DNA of 63,067 nucleotides, counting the filler, from Octopus bimaculoides (Eukaryota): the NCBI RefSeq assembly GCF_001194135.2. It is 6 parts of 6 records of this genome, joined end to end, with 100 filler letters (N's around TTAATTAATTAA, not from the genome) between each part and the next. Parts side by side here need not be neighbours in the genome. Positions count along the whole stretch, not along the records: positions 46,135 to 54,264 come from NC_068992.1; positions 54,365 to 61,858 come from NC_068991.1; 4 more parts are not named here. One strand, written 5' to 3'. Positions 50,130 to 61,958 of the stretch are shown here, one piece after another; within the stretch, counting starts at the first letter, position 1, and each line of letters begins with the position of its first letter. Both the position numbers and the translations under genes were made by a program. Under the pieces are notes generated by a model. The model saw only the letters and a list, made by a program, of their open reading frames with translations, was not told where the DNA came from and ran no database searches.

Positions 50130-52985
50130 CTTAGGGATGCTACATTGAATGCTGGCACAATGTAAGGCCAGTCAAGTGAGATTGTTGAAATGTTAGAGTG
50201 CATTGTGTACACAGCACACACAAGGTGAGATGGAGAGGAGCCTCTACTAGACTTTTCATGGGCAAGAAACAAAAGTACAAACTCTTCTGGGTAGGTAGCA
50301 GTGAAGGTGTTGGGTTTATAGGCATACTCTTAGCAAATAAATGAGTAGATTGTGTGATTGAAATAGTCAGAGTGTGTGACAGGATTGTTAAGCTAAGATT
50401 AGTATTAGATTACATAACAGTAACATTTATCTCAGCATATTCTCCACAAGATGGGCTGACGGATGAACTGAAGGATCACACCTATGAGTCCCGAAGATTA
50501 CCTCAATAGATGACAAAGACTTTATTATTGTGGCTGGTGATTTCAACAAACATGTTAGGCAGTACTCCAATGGATTTTATAGTGTACATAGAGGTCCTAT
50601 GACTTTGGTTCTAGAAATGAGGACGAAACAAGGCTGCTAGAGTTCTCTGCTGCTAATGACTTGTTGATCTGCAACACTAACTTCAGAAAACCTACCAGCC
50701 ACTTGATCACCAATGAATCTAGTGGAGGCAAAAGTCAGATTGACTACATTCTCACCAGAAAACAGGATAGGCAGTTACTTGTAAATGCAAAATCCTTTCC
50801 TAGAGAAGAATGTACTTCCCAACATCTGTTAGTCATAAGAGACTTCAGACTCAGAGCAAGAAAACGAATTCATCAAATAGTCAGAGATTTAGAGACAACC
50901 AAACACAAAAAAAAGGAGGAGATAGAGATATATAACATAAGAGACACCTTCACTGCTACTTACACAGAAGAGTTTGTACCTCTGTTTCCTGCCTGTGAAA
51001 AGTCTACTAGAGGCTCCTCTCCATGTCACCACTTGTGTTTAACATAAGAGACAACTGGAAATTCTTGAGAAAATCTGAGGGCTACAGACCAAATTTGTGG
51101 TTGGTGCAAAATTTCAGCCAGACCAAGAGTGACATAGTGGTGAAACAGAAAAGTAGATAAATGAAGGGCAGGTTTAGAAGGTTTGGAAGAACAGGGGCAG
51201 CAAAGATCTTTACTTGATAGCTAGATTAGAAGCTCGGGGACAGGTCTATTTAGCAAGGGAAGAGGCAGAAAAGAAGTGGTTTACCAACATGAGGTGTTCC
51301 AGATTGCAAGGCAGTGTACCAGAAAGAATCAAGATAAGGGATAGAAATGTGTGTGGAAGAATGACGGCATGCTTCTGAAAAGAAGGAAGCATGGAAGTGC
51401 TATTAAGAAAGTTTATCAAATGTGCAAAATATATGAGAAAGAGAGTTTTCCTAATGGGAACCCAACAGGAGTCCAGCCCTTCATGTTGACTGTAGTTATA
51501 AATAGTGATTAAGGAAATGAAAACCTAGTTCATCAGGAATTACAAGTGAAATGACTGTGTAGCAGCATCATAGTCAACTATTAGAAGGGTAAAGGAGATG
51601 CCTTAGAAAGAAGCAATTACTAAAGGTATCAAATTACTGATCAGGTTATGAAAGTCACTAAAAGAGTCATACCTCAGTTAATAAGAAAAGGAGTTAACCA
51701 GGATGAGATGCAGTTCGGTTTTGTGCCAGAGAGAAGCACTGCTGATGCTTTCATTATAGAGAAGTATTTAGCAAAAAGTAAACTACTGAAATTAGTATTC
51801 ATTGATCTGATGAAACCCTTTGACTAGGTGCCCCAATTCCTCATCTGGTGGTTACTACAAAACCTAGAAGTGGATGAATGGCTAGTGAGAGCCATTCAAG
51901 CCATGTACAGGGATGCTATTAGGAAAGTGAGAGTTACCAATGAGTACAGCAATAAATTTAGAGTGTGGGGAGAAGTTCATCAGGGTTTGGTTATCAATTC
52001 CCTCTTGTTTATCATAGTCCTTCAGGCCATAACAGGAATTTAAAATTGGTTGCCCATGGAAACTCCTCTATGCTGATGATCTTGTTCTAATAACTAAAAG
52101 TGTAGAAGAATTAGAATCAAATTTCCAAGTATGGAAATAAAACCTGGAATCAAAGGGCATTAAATTTAACTTAGCAAAGACTAAAGTTCTAATCAGAACA
52201 GACAGAACACTAACCCTGTTAAGTAAATGGCTCTGTTCCATATGTAGACAAAGTATAGGTAGAAATTCCATAGAGTGTGCTCAGTGCAAACTATGAACAC
52301 ATAGCACATGCAGTGGAATCACAGGAAGGTTAACAGAGAAAATAGGATTTGTTTGTGGCAGATGTGCAGGAACAATAAATAATAAATAAAAGCACATGAG
52401 AAATAAATGTTCTGAAATGCCCAGGAGGCTTCCTAGTTGTAGGAGATAGTTTTTGTTATTCCAGTGACCAAATCAGCAGTGGAGGAGAATGCTCTGAAAG
52501 TATAGTTGCCAGAATACAAATTAGCTGGAGAAAGTTCAGAGAACTTTTATTTCTGTTTGTAACAAAAGGCCTCTCTCTCAGTATGAAAGGCAAGTTGTAT
52601 GGTTCTAGTGTACAAACATCAATGCTGTGAAACATGAGCTGTGAATGCAGAGGATATGCAAAGACTTGAAAGAAACTATTAAACAAATATGTTCCAAAGG
52701 ATATACAGTGTCAATGTGCATGTACAACAAAATACAAATGTGCTTAGAGAAAAATTGAGCGTAAGAGATATCAGTGGTGGTATGCAGGAGAGAAGACTGT
52801 GCTGGTGTGATCAGGTGATGCAGTCAGATAAGGACAGTTGTATATAGAAATGCTGATCACTAAATGTGAAAGAAAGCGGTAGACCTAGGAAGACATGGGA
52901 TGAAGTGGTGAAGACTGGTCTCAAGATATTGAATCTGTCAGAGAGGAATGGCATTATACTGTACTTGAGAAGACCCATCCATCTC
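50130..52985 (+). mobile_element. Near full-length degraded RTE-clade LINE ORF (APE endonuclease + RT)
   Basis: LRDATLNAGTM...VRWRGAS...YKLFWVG...VRVCDRIVKL; GDFN; LICNTNFRK...SQIDYILTRK...SQHLLV; QFGFVPERSTADAF; VHQGLVINSLLF; LYADDL; many stops and frameshifts. Confidence 0.92.
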
Positions 52986-53454
52986 AGCAGAATCGAGGTT
53001 CTTTCAAGTTTCCCCCAACAACTCACTTGTCTTCTCACACCCACTCTTCCATCAATCGTCTACATCACCTTATTTTTTTCACTTCCTCCTACACTGAGCT
53101 GATATTCTCTGTGTCTAACTCATTCCATATTTCTAATCATCTGTCATACTATTTTCACTCAGTGCGCTTTCCTTTACATCCACCTTTTCCGCTCTTCTAT
53201 CCTATTCTGTCATATTCTTGTTATTCCTGAACCTCATATATCTTTCTCTATCTCACTTCCCAAATGAGCAAACCATGTATTCACCTCTTCAGCAAGACAC
53301 CTGCTCTCCTCCCTCTATCATAGTTTCTTATTCCTCCAGTCTATACCCTGCTCAGTTTAGGTGTTTTATCTAGCAAGTGCTTGGTGACCTCACTGGTGTT
53401 GGTGTCACATAAAAAGCACCCAGTACACTCTATTACGTGGTTGACATTAGGAAG

Positions 53455-53751
53455 TGTGGTGTTATGGGCTGTGATGAGCTGTGTGTTGTTGGTGGAGAGG
53501 GATGAGGCAAACAGAAGTGAAGCCAGACCGGAAGGGCCAGACCGGAAGGGCCAGACCGGAAGGGTCAGACCGGAAGTCGGCCACACGCGGTCGAAGGCTA
53601 GCACGTGGGTCAGTCAGAAAACAGAGAGGTTACAAGAAAGACGTGTTTTGATCAAGAGCGATTGTGTACTCCACTGCAGTCGACAAGGTAAGGTCCAACG
53701 TTTCATTCTGTCCTTTTGCTTCTTGTTGTCTTTTTCCTCCATCACACCACA
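53455..53751 (+). mobile_element. 5' LTR of a Gypsy-type retrotransposon, inserted into a family C SINE
   Basis: TGTGGTGTTATG...CATCACACCACA terminal inverted repeat (11/12 match); the SINE breaks at ...ttaggaag| where family C normally continues ggcatccagc. Confidence 0.75.
53522..53577 (+). promoter_or_regulatory. Four 14-bp tandem repeats, each with an ETS core CCGGAAG, inside the LTR
   Basis: gccagaccggaagg x3 plus gtcagaccggaagt; the last unit is the full ACCGGAAGT consensus; E-box CACGTG at 53602-53607. Confidence 0.55.
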
Positions 53752-53786
53752 AGCTATTTCGGCCCATAAGAAAAAAAAAAAAAATT

Positions 53787-54264
53787 ATGAGTGTAGTCCG
53801 GATTTCTAGTGATATCATTAAACTGTTTTGCGGCAACACGGACGTGGTCGTGTGGCTAAAAAAGATGAAGCCGGTCGCAAAGCTCCAAGGGATAGGTGAC
53901 TTGGCAAGCTTTCTACCACTGTACTTAGATGGTCCGGCGTTGGCGCTATTTTTAGAGATGGAAGAGAGGGACCAAGTTAGCGCGGAGAAAATAGAAATCC
54001 GCTTGATGGAGGCCTTCGCAGAAGGAATGTTTGAGGCGTACGCTCACCTGGGGAGAGCGAAGTGGACTGGCGAACAGGTCGACGTGTTTGCCAACGAACT
54101 TAGGAGGTTGGCTAGACTGGCGGGGTACGAAGGAGAATCGCTGGATCAAACAGTAAAGTTGGCGTTTGTGACTGGTTTTCCTGACCACATGTCGGTCGAA
54201 TTGCAGAAACTGCCGGACGTGAATGCCGTGCCCATGGCAGATATAATAACGAGGGCTCGCATGT
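53787..54264 (+). CDS. Retrotransposon gag-like protein (3' end lost at scaffold end)
   Basis: Uninterrupted ORF MSVVRISSDIIKLFCGNTDVVVWLKK...FLPLYLDGPALALF...GEQVDVFANELRRLARLAG...KLAFVTGFP starting 36 nt after the LTR; resembles invertebrate Gypsy gag. Confidence 0.75.
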
Positions 54265-54364
54265 NNNNNNNNNNNNNNNNNNNNNNNNNNNNNNNNNNNN
54301 NNNNNNNNTTAATTAATTAANNNNNNNNNNNNNNNNNNNNNNNNNNNNNNNNNNNNNNNNNNNN
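54265..54364. other. Artificial scaffold spacer
   Basis: 44 N + TTAATTAATTAA (54309-54320) + 44 N. Confidence 0.95.
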
Positions 54365-54406
<42 letters not shown>

Positions 54407-54654
54407 ATATATATATATGTGCACATACATGTGTGCGTGTGTGTATGTACATACATATATATATATTGTGCATGTATGTTTGTGTGTGTGTGCAGGTGTG
54501 TAAACCTCTCCTAACATCATGTGATGGTTGTAAATGAGTATCTTCATAATACAAGCAATGTTCTGCTTCAACAATGTCCATCTGACCCAGTCAAGCATGG
54601 AAAAGTGGTTGTTAACTGATGGCAATGACAATTATGATGATATATATGTATGTG

Positions 54655-54706
<52 letters not shown>

Positions 54707-54743
54707 AGTATATGTATACACACATATACATACACATACATAT

Positions 54744-54777
<34 letters not shown>

Positions 54778-54934
54778 CCATCATCATCGTCATCAGTTAA
54801 CATCCACTTTAGATACATATATATATTTGAAAATGTAACCACATGTGAATTGTTAGCAATTTTTTTTCCTCCATCTTCCTTTTCTATTGGACTTTTCTCT
54901 GTTTCTGAAGAGCTTTGCTCGAAATGTAAAACCA

Positions 54935-55109
54935 CGTAAAAGGACCCACTACACTCTCGGAGTGGTTGGCGTTAGGAAGGGCATCCAGCTGTAGAAACTC
55001 TGCCAAATCAGATTGGAGTCTGGTGTAGCCTTCGGGCTCCATCAGTTCTCAGTCAAATCGTCCAACCCATGCTAGCATGGAAAGCGGACGTTAAACGGTG
55101 ATGAGGATG

Positions 55110-55115
<6 letters not shown>
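54935..55115 (+). mobile_element. SINE family C copy
   Basis: cactacactctcggagtggttggcgttaggaagggcatccagctgtagaaac...catggaaagcggacgttaaacg(GAT)n. Confidence 0.85.
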
Positions 55116-55150
<35 letters not shown>

Positions 55151-58100
55151 ATCTACTTTAGTTGACCAATATAGGTGATGAAAATGGTGTGTGAGTGTGT
55201 GTGTGTAGTTAAGAATGTTACTTTGTAACCATGTGGTTTCTCAACACCATCATTGTACCATTTAGTCAACATTTAAGATAGCACTGTTGAAAATAAGACA
55301 TTACAACGTTTCTACATTCGCTGGAGGGTCTCATGAAAGTGAAAGTCCTTACTTCATCAAAAGTTATTGGTTTCCAGGTTAATAAACAAAAGTCATTTCC
55401 TACAAAACGAAGCTATTCAAGAACAAAAGTGGACAGCAGAGAATTAGTTGGATATTATAAAGCAACCTGTATGACATTGTCATTATTGAAGTTAGATCTA
55501 ACAAATATTTTAATTAGATTTCTAATTAACATGAACGAAGCATGGCTATTTTTCTCCTCCTCATCTATATTGAATGTTAATAGACGGGAATTAAAATAAT
55601 TAAGAGTAAATACATGGGACACAATTACTTTTCTGAATAATTAGGTCCTCCTTAATTACATTTGACTTTGATTGTGATGAGGATGTAAAGCTTATTGAAG
55701 ACTTATATTATGTAGATTGATATCAATGGAATTGTTTCAATAGCATTCATAATCAATTGTCATTAGGAAGACTTGCCCACCACAGCAGAATTGATATCCT
55801 AAAAACTGGCTAGTGCAAGCAAAATTAAATATTCAAAAAAACGCATTTGGCCAAATTTGGATATACGACAGTTTAACATAATAGCAACGATATATTTTAG
55901 TTATTGCATGTGCAAAGAAAGATAACAACTGTGGAATTATGTATTAAACTCTCTTAAATATCAACGCATTTCATACATACAAGTGTGACATTATATCAGT
56001 AAAAGAGATAATAGTTATTTTAGACGTTTAACCTTTTCTAGAAGAGACTTCAGCAATTCAACTCATGTAAAGTGTTTTATATTTATGTATCTTAGAAAAT
56101 GCTCATCATTGCACACATTTTCAACATGTGTGTGTGTGTGTGTGTGTGAGTGTGTGTGTGTGTGTGTGTGTGAGACTATAGCATTCAGCTATGTGTGTGT
56201 GTATGACTATAATGTTCAGCTATGTGTGTGTGTGACTATAATTCAGCTTATATGATAGTGACATAAGCTTGAATACCTAATGACTTCAGAACAATATGAA
56301 TGAGTGAGACAAAATTTTAAATAAGAAAATAAAATAAATAAGAAAGAAACATACAACATTAACAAATAGAAAACAATTTATAAAAATTCTATATTAAGCA
56401 ATTGTGAAGGAAATCTCATTATATGCCATGGAAATTTACATTCTTGTTCAAAACAAATTTAATATTGCTAACATTTTTTCTGATGTCTGAATAAGATTTA
56501 TGAATAAGAATTTTGAAAACCAGTCAAGTTGTTCTTCTCACAGAAAATAGCTTATTAGAGCAGGATACCATTTTTTGTATTTTTCTATAGATTATATTTG
56601 ATGACTGATTTTCTAATACTATCTGGAGTAACCCATTGTTTTTGAAAATATACAGGAAAAGAGTAAAATAAGATACAAAACAAAATACCATTTTTTGCCC
56701 ATTTTCTTTGAAGCTTGATATAAGGATCTATTTTTGGTGAACTTCAAGTATTTTGGCATTAGATTGAGCTTCGTCCTTTTATCTGCAGAAACACACAAAA
56801 AACCAAAACAAACAAAGACAAAACACTCTTGCTACCTGTAGTTCTTTATGGCACGAAGAGCATACGATAAAACTTTGGAACTGCTACAGCTTGCAGAACA
56901 TTTTGAATGTAGTTCTGTCTGTTGTTATATCATCATCATAATTGTCATTGTTGCCAATGCTGTGATTGTCGTCATTATTTAATGTCCACTTTTCATGCTG
57001 GCATGGGTAGGATGGTTTGGCAGGGAAGTGGCAAACATCAAGGCTGCATTGTGGCACTCCGTCACTTACAACACCTGGACAAGACGCTGGTCTATCACAG
57101 GATTACTCATTTTTGCCAGCTGAGTGGACTGGAACGACTTGAAAGGAAGTGTTTTGCTCAAGAACACAATGTGTCGCCCAATCCCAGAATTGAAACCACA
57201 ATCTTAGGATCATGAGTCCAACGCTCTGACCACTAAGCCACGTACCTCCACAAGAGGAGATGTATGGCTGGAAAAGATAAGAAAAAGGTAGACCAAATTC
57301 TCAAGGGGCAAGAGATTTAGCATAAGAGAGGATATGAACAAGGGGCCAAGGAAGGGGGTGAGGGAGCTGCATGAAGCAACATTTAATAAAGTCATATTTA
57401 ACTTGCTTGATCATGCTCAGATGTGAGAGGATACACTGCTGTGGAAATACTCCTGGGATGAAACTCTCTTCCTAGACGACATATGATGTCATTGGATTGT
57501 AAAGTGCATGTGTTTCTGTATTCTGCCATTCTGTGTGCTGTGTTCTGTTGTTCTGTCATTCTGTGTGCTGTGTTGTGTCATTCTGCTATTCTGTGTTCTG
57601 TGTTGTCATGATGGTGATGGGGATGATGACGATGATGATGATGATGGTTGTGATAATGGTGATGGTTGTGAGATGATGATGGTAATGTTGACGGTGATAA
57701 CAGTGGTTGTGGTGGTGGTGGTGGTGGTGACGATGATGATGATGATGATCGGGAAGACCATAATGATGATAGTGATGATGACACGTGTGTGTGTGTGTGT
57801 GTATGAATGTATAAAGTAAAAGACATGATCTCCAATTAAAACACCCCTAAGCCTTTGGGACCACTTGTATAGGCATCCCAGTGATTTATTTCAGTTGTTC
57901 AGTCCATTGTTACAATTGTCATATTTTTTTTTTTAAATGTCATTCATTTTTTTTTTTCTAAAACTTTATTTAAGAAATTTTATTCAAAAAAATTTCTTGT
58001 TGTTGAAGAAAACTTGACTTTTGTTTCTTTTGTCCCATGAACAATTGATGATAAAAATATGCTGATCATGGAACGTGGATGAAATCAATGATTACCAAAA

Positions 58101-59117
58101 GACCACTTCAGCCAGCACAGATCACTATCACAGCGAAATATTATTATCATTCGTAAATCAATACACAAGTTCTTTGCTGATGAGATAATCCAGGCCATTG
58201 TATTTTTCAACATCTAACTTATACAGGATTTGTATAGATTAAAGAACAAGATGAGGTTTATTGTTCCGCCGAAGCAGAAGGAAAAAAAAAGCTTCATCAC
58301 AATTTTTTTTTTAATAAGTGAATGGATATTCCCCTTTCTATGTTTAGGTATGATGTTTGAGAGGATGATTAAAAAAAATGTCTTTTGCACTCCAAATCAG
58401 CTTGAAGCTTTTATTGTCTTCAGTAAAACTTATTTTAATTTACACAATAAAAGAGCTGCTCAATAGTTTAACTCTTTTCCCCCTTTTTTTATGTTACACA
58501 AGAATAGAACAGCTTTTGATGTGGGTACCAACAAATTTTTTGTGAAAGCAAGGCAAATTCTCTTCATATGAGCGAATATTCGATAAGTGTTGCTTAACTT
58601 TCTAATCAAACATCCTGCCACTGGATTGTGTTCATCATCATTATGTATCATCATCATCATCATCATCATTACCATTATTCTCATCATCAGTTGCAAGAGG
58701 CAGCAGCAGCAGCATCACCATTATCATCATCTTCTTCAATGACATCGTCATCATCATCATCAGTGGCAAATGGCATTGGTATTAACGTCATCAATGAGCT
58801 GTCTGGTATTTCATCCGGTTTTTCACATGTAGCTATTGTACCAACATTATGCCATGTGGTTTCACCCCATGAAACTAACTAACTACCTCTCCAACAATAC
58901 TTCAACAATGACCCTTCTATTCATTTCTATTTACCAACATTCTTCATCAGGTGGTAGAAAATAATTCTTCTCCACAGTGTAAATTACAGCTGTCATGATT
59001 TGAAAGTTTCCTGCTCCCAGCCTAATTGTTAGGGTGCTGGACTCAGGATTGTAAGATTGTGGTTTCAATTCCCAGACTGGGTGATGCATTGTGTTCTTGA
59101 GAAAAACACTTCATTTC

Positions 59118-59387
59118 ATACATTATTTACATTATTTACATTATTTACATTATTTACATTCGACAGATATTTGTCCTCATCTTGTTTGTTGTTAACACAA
59201 CGTTTCGGCTGATATACCCTCCAGCCTTCTTCAGGTGTCTTGGGGAAATTTCAAACCTGGGTTCTCATTCCTAAGGTATTCTTTGATACGTTGTGTTAAC
59301 AACAAACAAGATGAGGACAAATATCTGTTGAATGTAAATAATGTAAATAATGTACATAATTCCTCATCTCTTAAATATAGAACTGTA
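59118..59387. mobile_element. Penelope-type element, copy 2, with an inverted partial pseudo-LTR
   Basis: 59160-59285 matches 6868-6995; 59288-59350 is an inverted copy of about 59140-59203; 9-bp (ttacattat)n tandem at the left end. Confidence 0.75.
59194..59239 (-). ncRNA. Minimal hammerhead ribozyme-like motif (best-preserved copy)
   Basis: gacac-CUGAAGA-a-GGCUG/gaggguauau/CAGCC-GAAA-CGUU-guguu: perfect 5-bp stem II, 5-bp stem I, palindromic ACGU stem III. Confidence 0.65.
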
Positions 59388-59899
59388 CTTCATTTCATGT
59401 TGTTCCAGTTCATTCATTTGGCAAAAATGAGCAATGCTGCGACGGATCGGTGTCCCATCCAGGTGGGGAATTTATACGCCACTAAAACTGAGAAACCAGC
59501 CCTTATGAGCCTGGCATGGCTCGAGAAGGAAATATTTCTTCTTCTTATTAACAAATCATCTGTGTGGACATTTAGCAAGAAATTACAGAACCAATCCTCT
59601 TCTATTGTCTAATGACAAGAGAGTCCATGATATTTATGTATGTGTGTATGTGTGTGTGTGTGTGTGTGTCTGTGTGCGTGCGTGCGTGTGTGTGTGCATA
59701 TGTACATGTTCACATAGATCAGAATTTGTTGAGGTGGCTATTTCTATGGCCAAACACCCTTTCTGTCACCAACTCATATCTGTTTCCCCATTGATATGCA
59801 TGTTTTCACTGAAGATTGGAAACTAAAGACACCCCTTTCATGATGGTACCACGCAGTGGGACTGAACCTGCAACCATGTTGGGAAGTAAACTTCTTATC

Positions 59900-60900
59900 A
59901 CACAATTTTGAATGTTTAAAGGTAGAATTGTATCCCATATCAAAGCACCAAACTTTAAAATTAATTTCCTGCTCTAGAAGATATAATACAGCCTTCAACA
60001 ATTGAAAAGGTTTTCTGCTGAAGGAGATGTATTGCAAACTTTGATGTTTGAAGGATGTTTCCTGTTTTAGGAGACATTTAAAAACCTTTGACTGCTCCAA
60101 GTATCATATAAAATCTAAGTCCTCTATAGTAAGACAACTATCTCTATCCTTCTATTGTTCTCTAACCTCTCACCTTACACACAGTCACTCCGCTCAGTTT
60201 CACTCTCCCTCTCAAGTAAGTGGTCTTTGTTTTGCAAGCTACTTGGTAACCCTGCTGATGCTGGTGCCACATAAAAAGCTTCTATGCTGGTGTCACATAT
60301 CAAGCACCCAGCATACACTGTAAAGTGGTTGGCATCAGGAAGGGCATCCAACTGTAGAAACCATGCCAAAACAGACAACTGGAGTCTGGTGCAGCTCTCT
60401 GGCTTGTCTGCTCCTATCAAACCATTCAAGTCATGCCAGCATGGAAAACAGACATTAAATGATGATGATGATGATAACGATGATAATGTTTGAAGGCAGT
60501 TTTCTACTCCAAGAGACATATTACTATCTTTGATGTTCGAAGAAGGTTATCTGCTCCAGAAGATCGGTTACAACCATTAATGTTTAAAGAAGTCTTCTGG
60601 CATCAGACATATCAGAAATATAGCAACTTTCAATGTTTGAGGGAAGTTTCCTGTTTTAAAAGACATGTTATGGTCTTTGATGCTTAAAGGAGGTTCCTGT
60701 TCTATAAGACATCCTTCAACATTTGCAGGAGGTCTTCTGATATAAGCAAGAGGTTGAAAATTTCAATTTTTGAAGGGGATCTGTTACACCTTGAATCTTC
60801 TTGCTCCAGAAGAGAGAGTGCAAACTTCAAGGCTTGAGTGAGATGTCCTCTTCTAAAAGATTGGTTACAACTTCTAGTGTTTGAAGAACCAAAATTCTTG
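59900..60900. repeat. Degenerate array with a period of about 45-48 bp, split by a CT-rich stretch and a family C SINE (60230-60480)
   Basis: Recurrent tgtttgaaggNNgtttcctgYtYYaRRagacat-like units at 59900-60110 and 60485-60900. Confidence 0.55.
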
Positions 60901-61689
60901 AGGTGAAATAAACTTCTTTTCTTTAAAATGTTTTTCAATATGTATTCTCTATTTTCTGGGTTCGTATGTACCCAAGAAGAGTGAGGTCAATAAAATAAAT
61001 ATCAGTCATATCATGTGGTTGATAAAATTAATCAAAGTTCTTTTCTGAAAATTTCTGTCTTTGAACCAATACAAAAAAAGAAAAAAAAGAAAAAAAAGAA
61101 ATTTAAGAATAACAACATTGAAGATGACCATGTTTGTAAAGTGCCTGATTAAGCCCATTGTAATATTTTTTTCTTCTTTGCTCTGAGTTCAGTCCAGATG
61201 AGGACTAAACATACCTTTCAGATCTATCAGTGGGATCAATAAAAATGAAAAAATTGAGATTGATACAGTTGACTACAGAAACTGTTGTTGTTTAATGTCA
61301 AAGGAATTCAATACATTTTCAAATTAAAAGACTATTTGAAGTAAAAAAACAGAGAACTTAAAAAATCTTTTGGTATTATTTATTACACATTACATATGTT
61401 TCATTACTTGTAGGGCTTACATAGGTATACACATGAAAAAAACATGTAAGACATCTCCTGTTGATAACTCTTAAGATCAAGGTTTTAATATGTAATTACT
61501 CTGTAATAACTAATTGTAATTACTCTATGTAATTACTCTGTAATAACTAATTGTCCAGTATTTAACAGTATTCTCCAATATTTTCAACTCTCATATAAGT
61601 CATAACTTCTACAAATATACTTTGGAGAACTGGAATATGCAGACATGCTTCATGAAGAAACAGCTCGGATTATAATCCTATCTACTACA

Positions 61690-61733
<44 letters not shown>

Positions 61734-61858
61734 TGTGTGTGTGCTTTATAATGTCAAGTAATATATTCCTGGTTATGGCATAAAACAGGTCAGAATGTTA
61801 CCAATGGTTCTGCACCGACTACTACATTTAGTAATATTGGTAACTTTTCAGGCGTCTG

Positions 61859-61958
61859 NNNNNNNNNNNNNNNNNNNNNNNNNNNNNNNNNNNNNNNNNN
61901 NNTTAATTAATTAANNNNNNNNNNNNNNNNNNNNNNNNNNNNNNNNNNNNNNNNNNNN
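61859..61958. other. Artificial scaffold spacer
   Basis: 44 N + TTAATTAATTAA (61903-61914) + 44 N. Confidence 0.95.

Noticed and set aside
55300-55850. Faint resemblance to an integrase zinc-binding region (LYYVD...IHNQLSLGRLAHH)
   Set aside because: Heavily interrupted, and the similarity is too loose to support without a profile search.
58628-58882. His/Ala/Ser-rich ORF resembling a transcription-factor segment
   Set aside because: The front half is (CAT/CAG)n microsatellite and the back half looks like an old repeat; no splice signals or domain.
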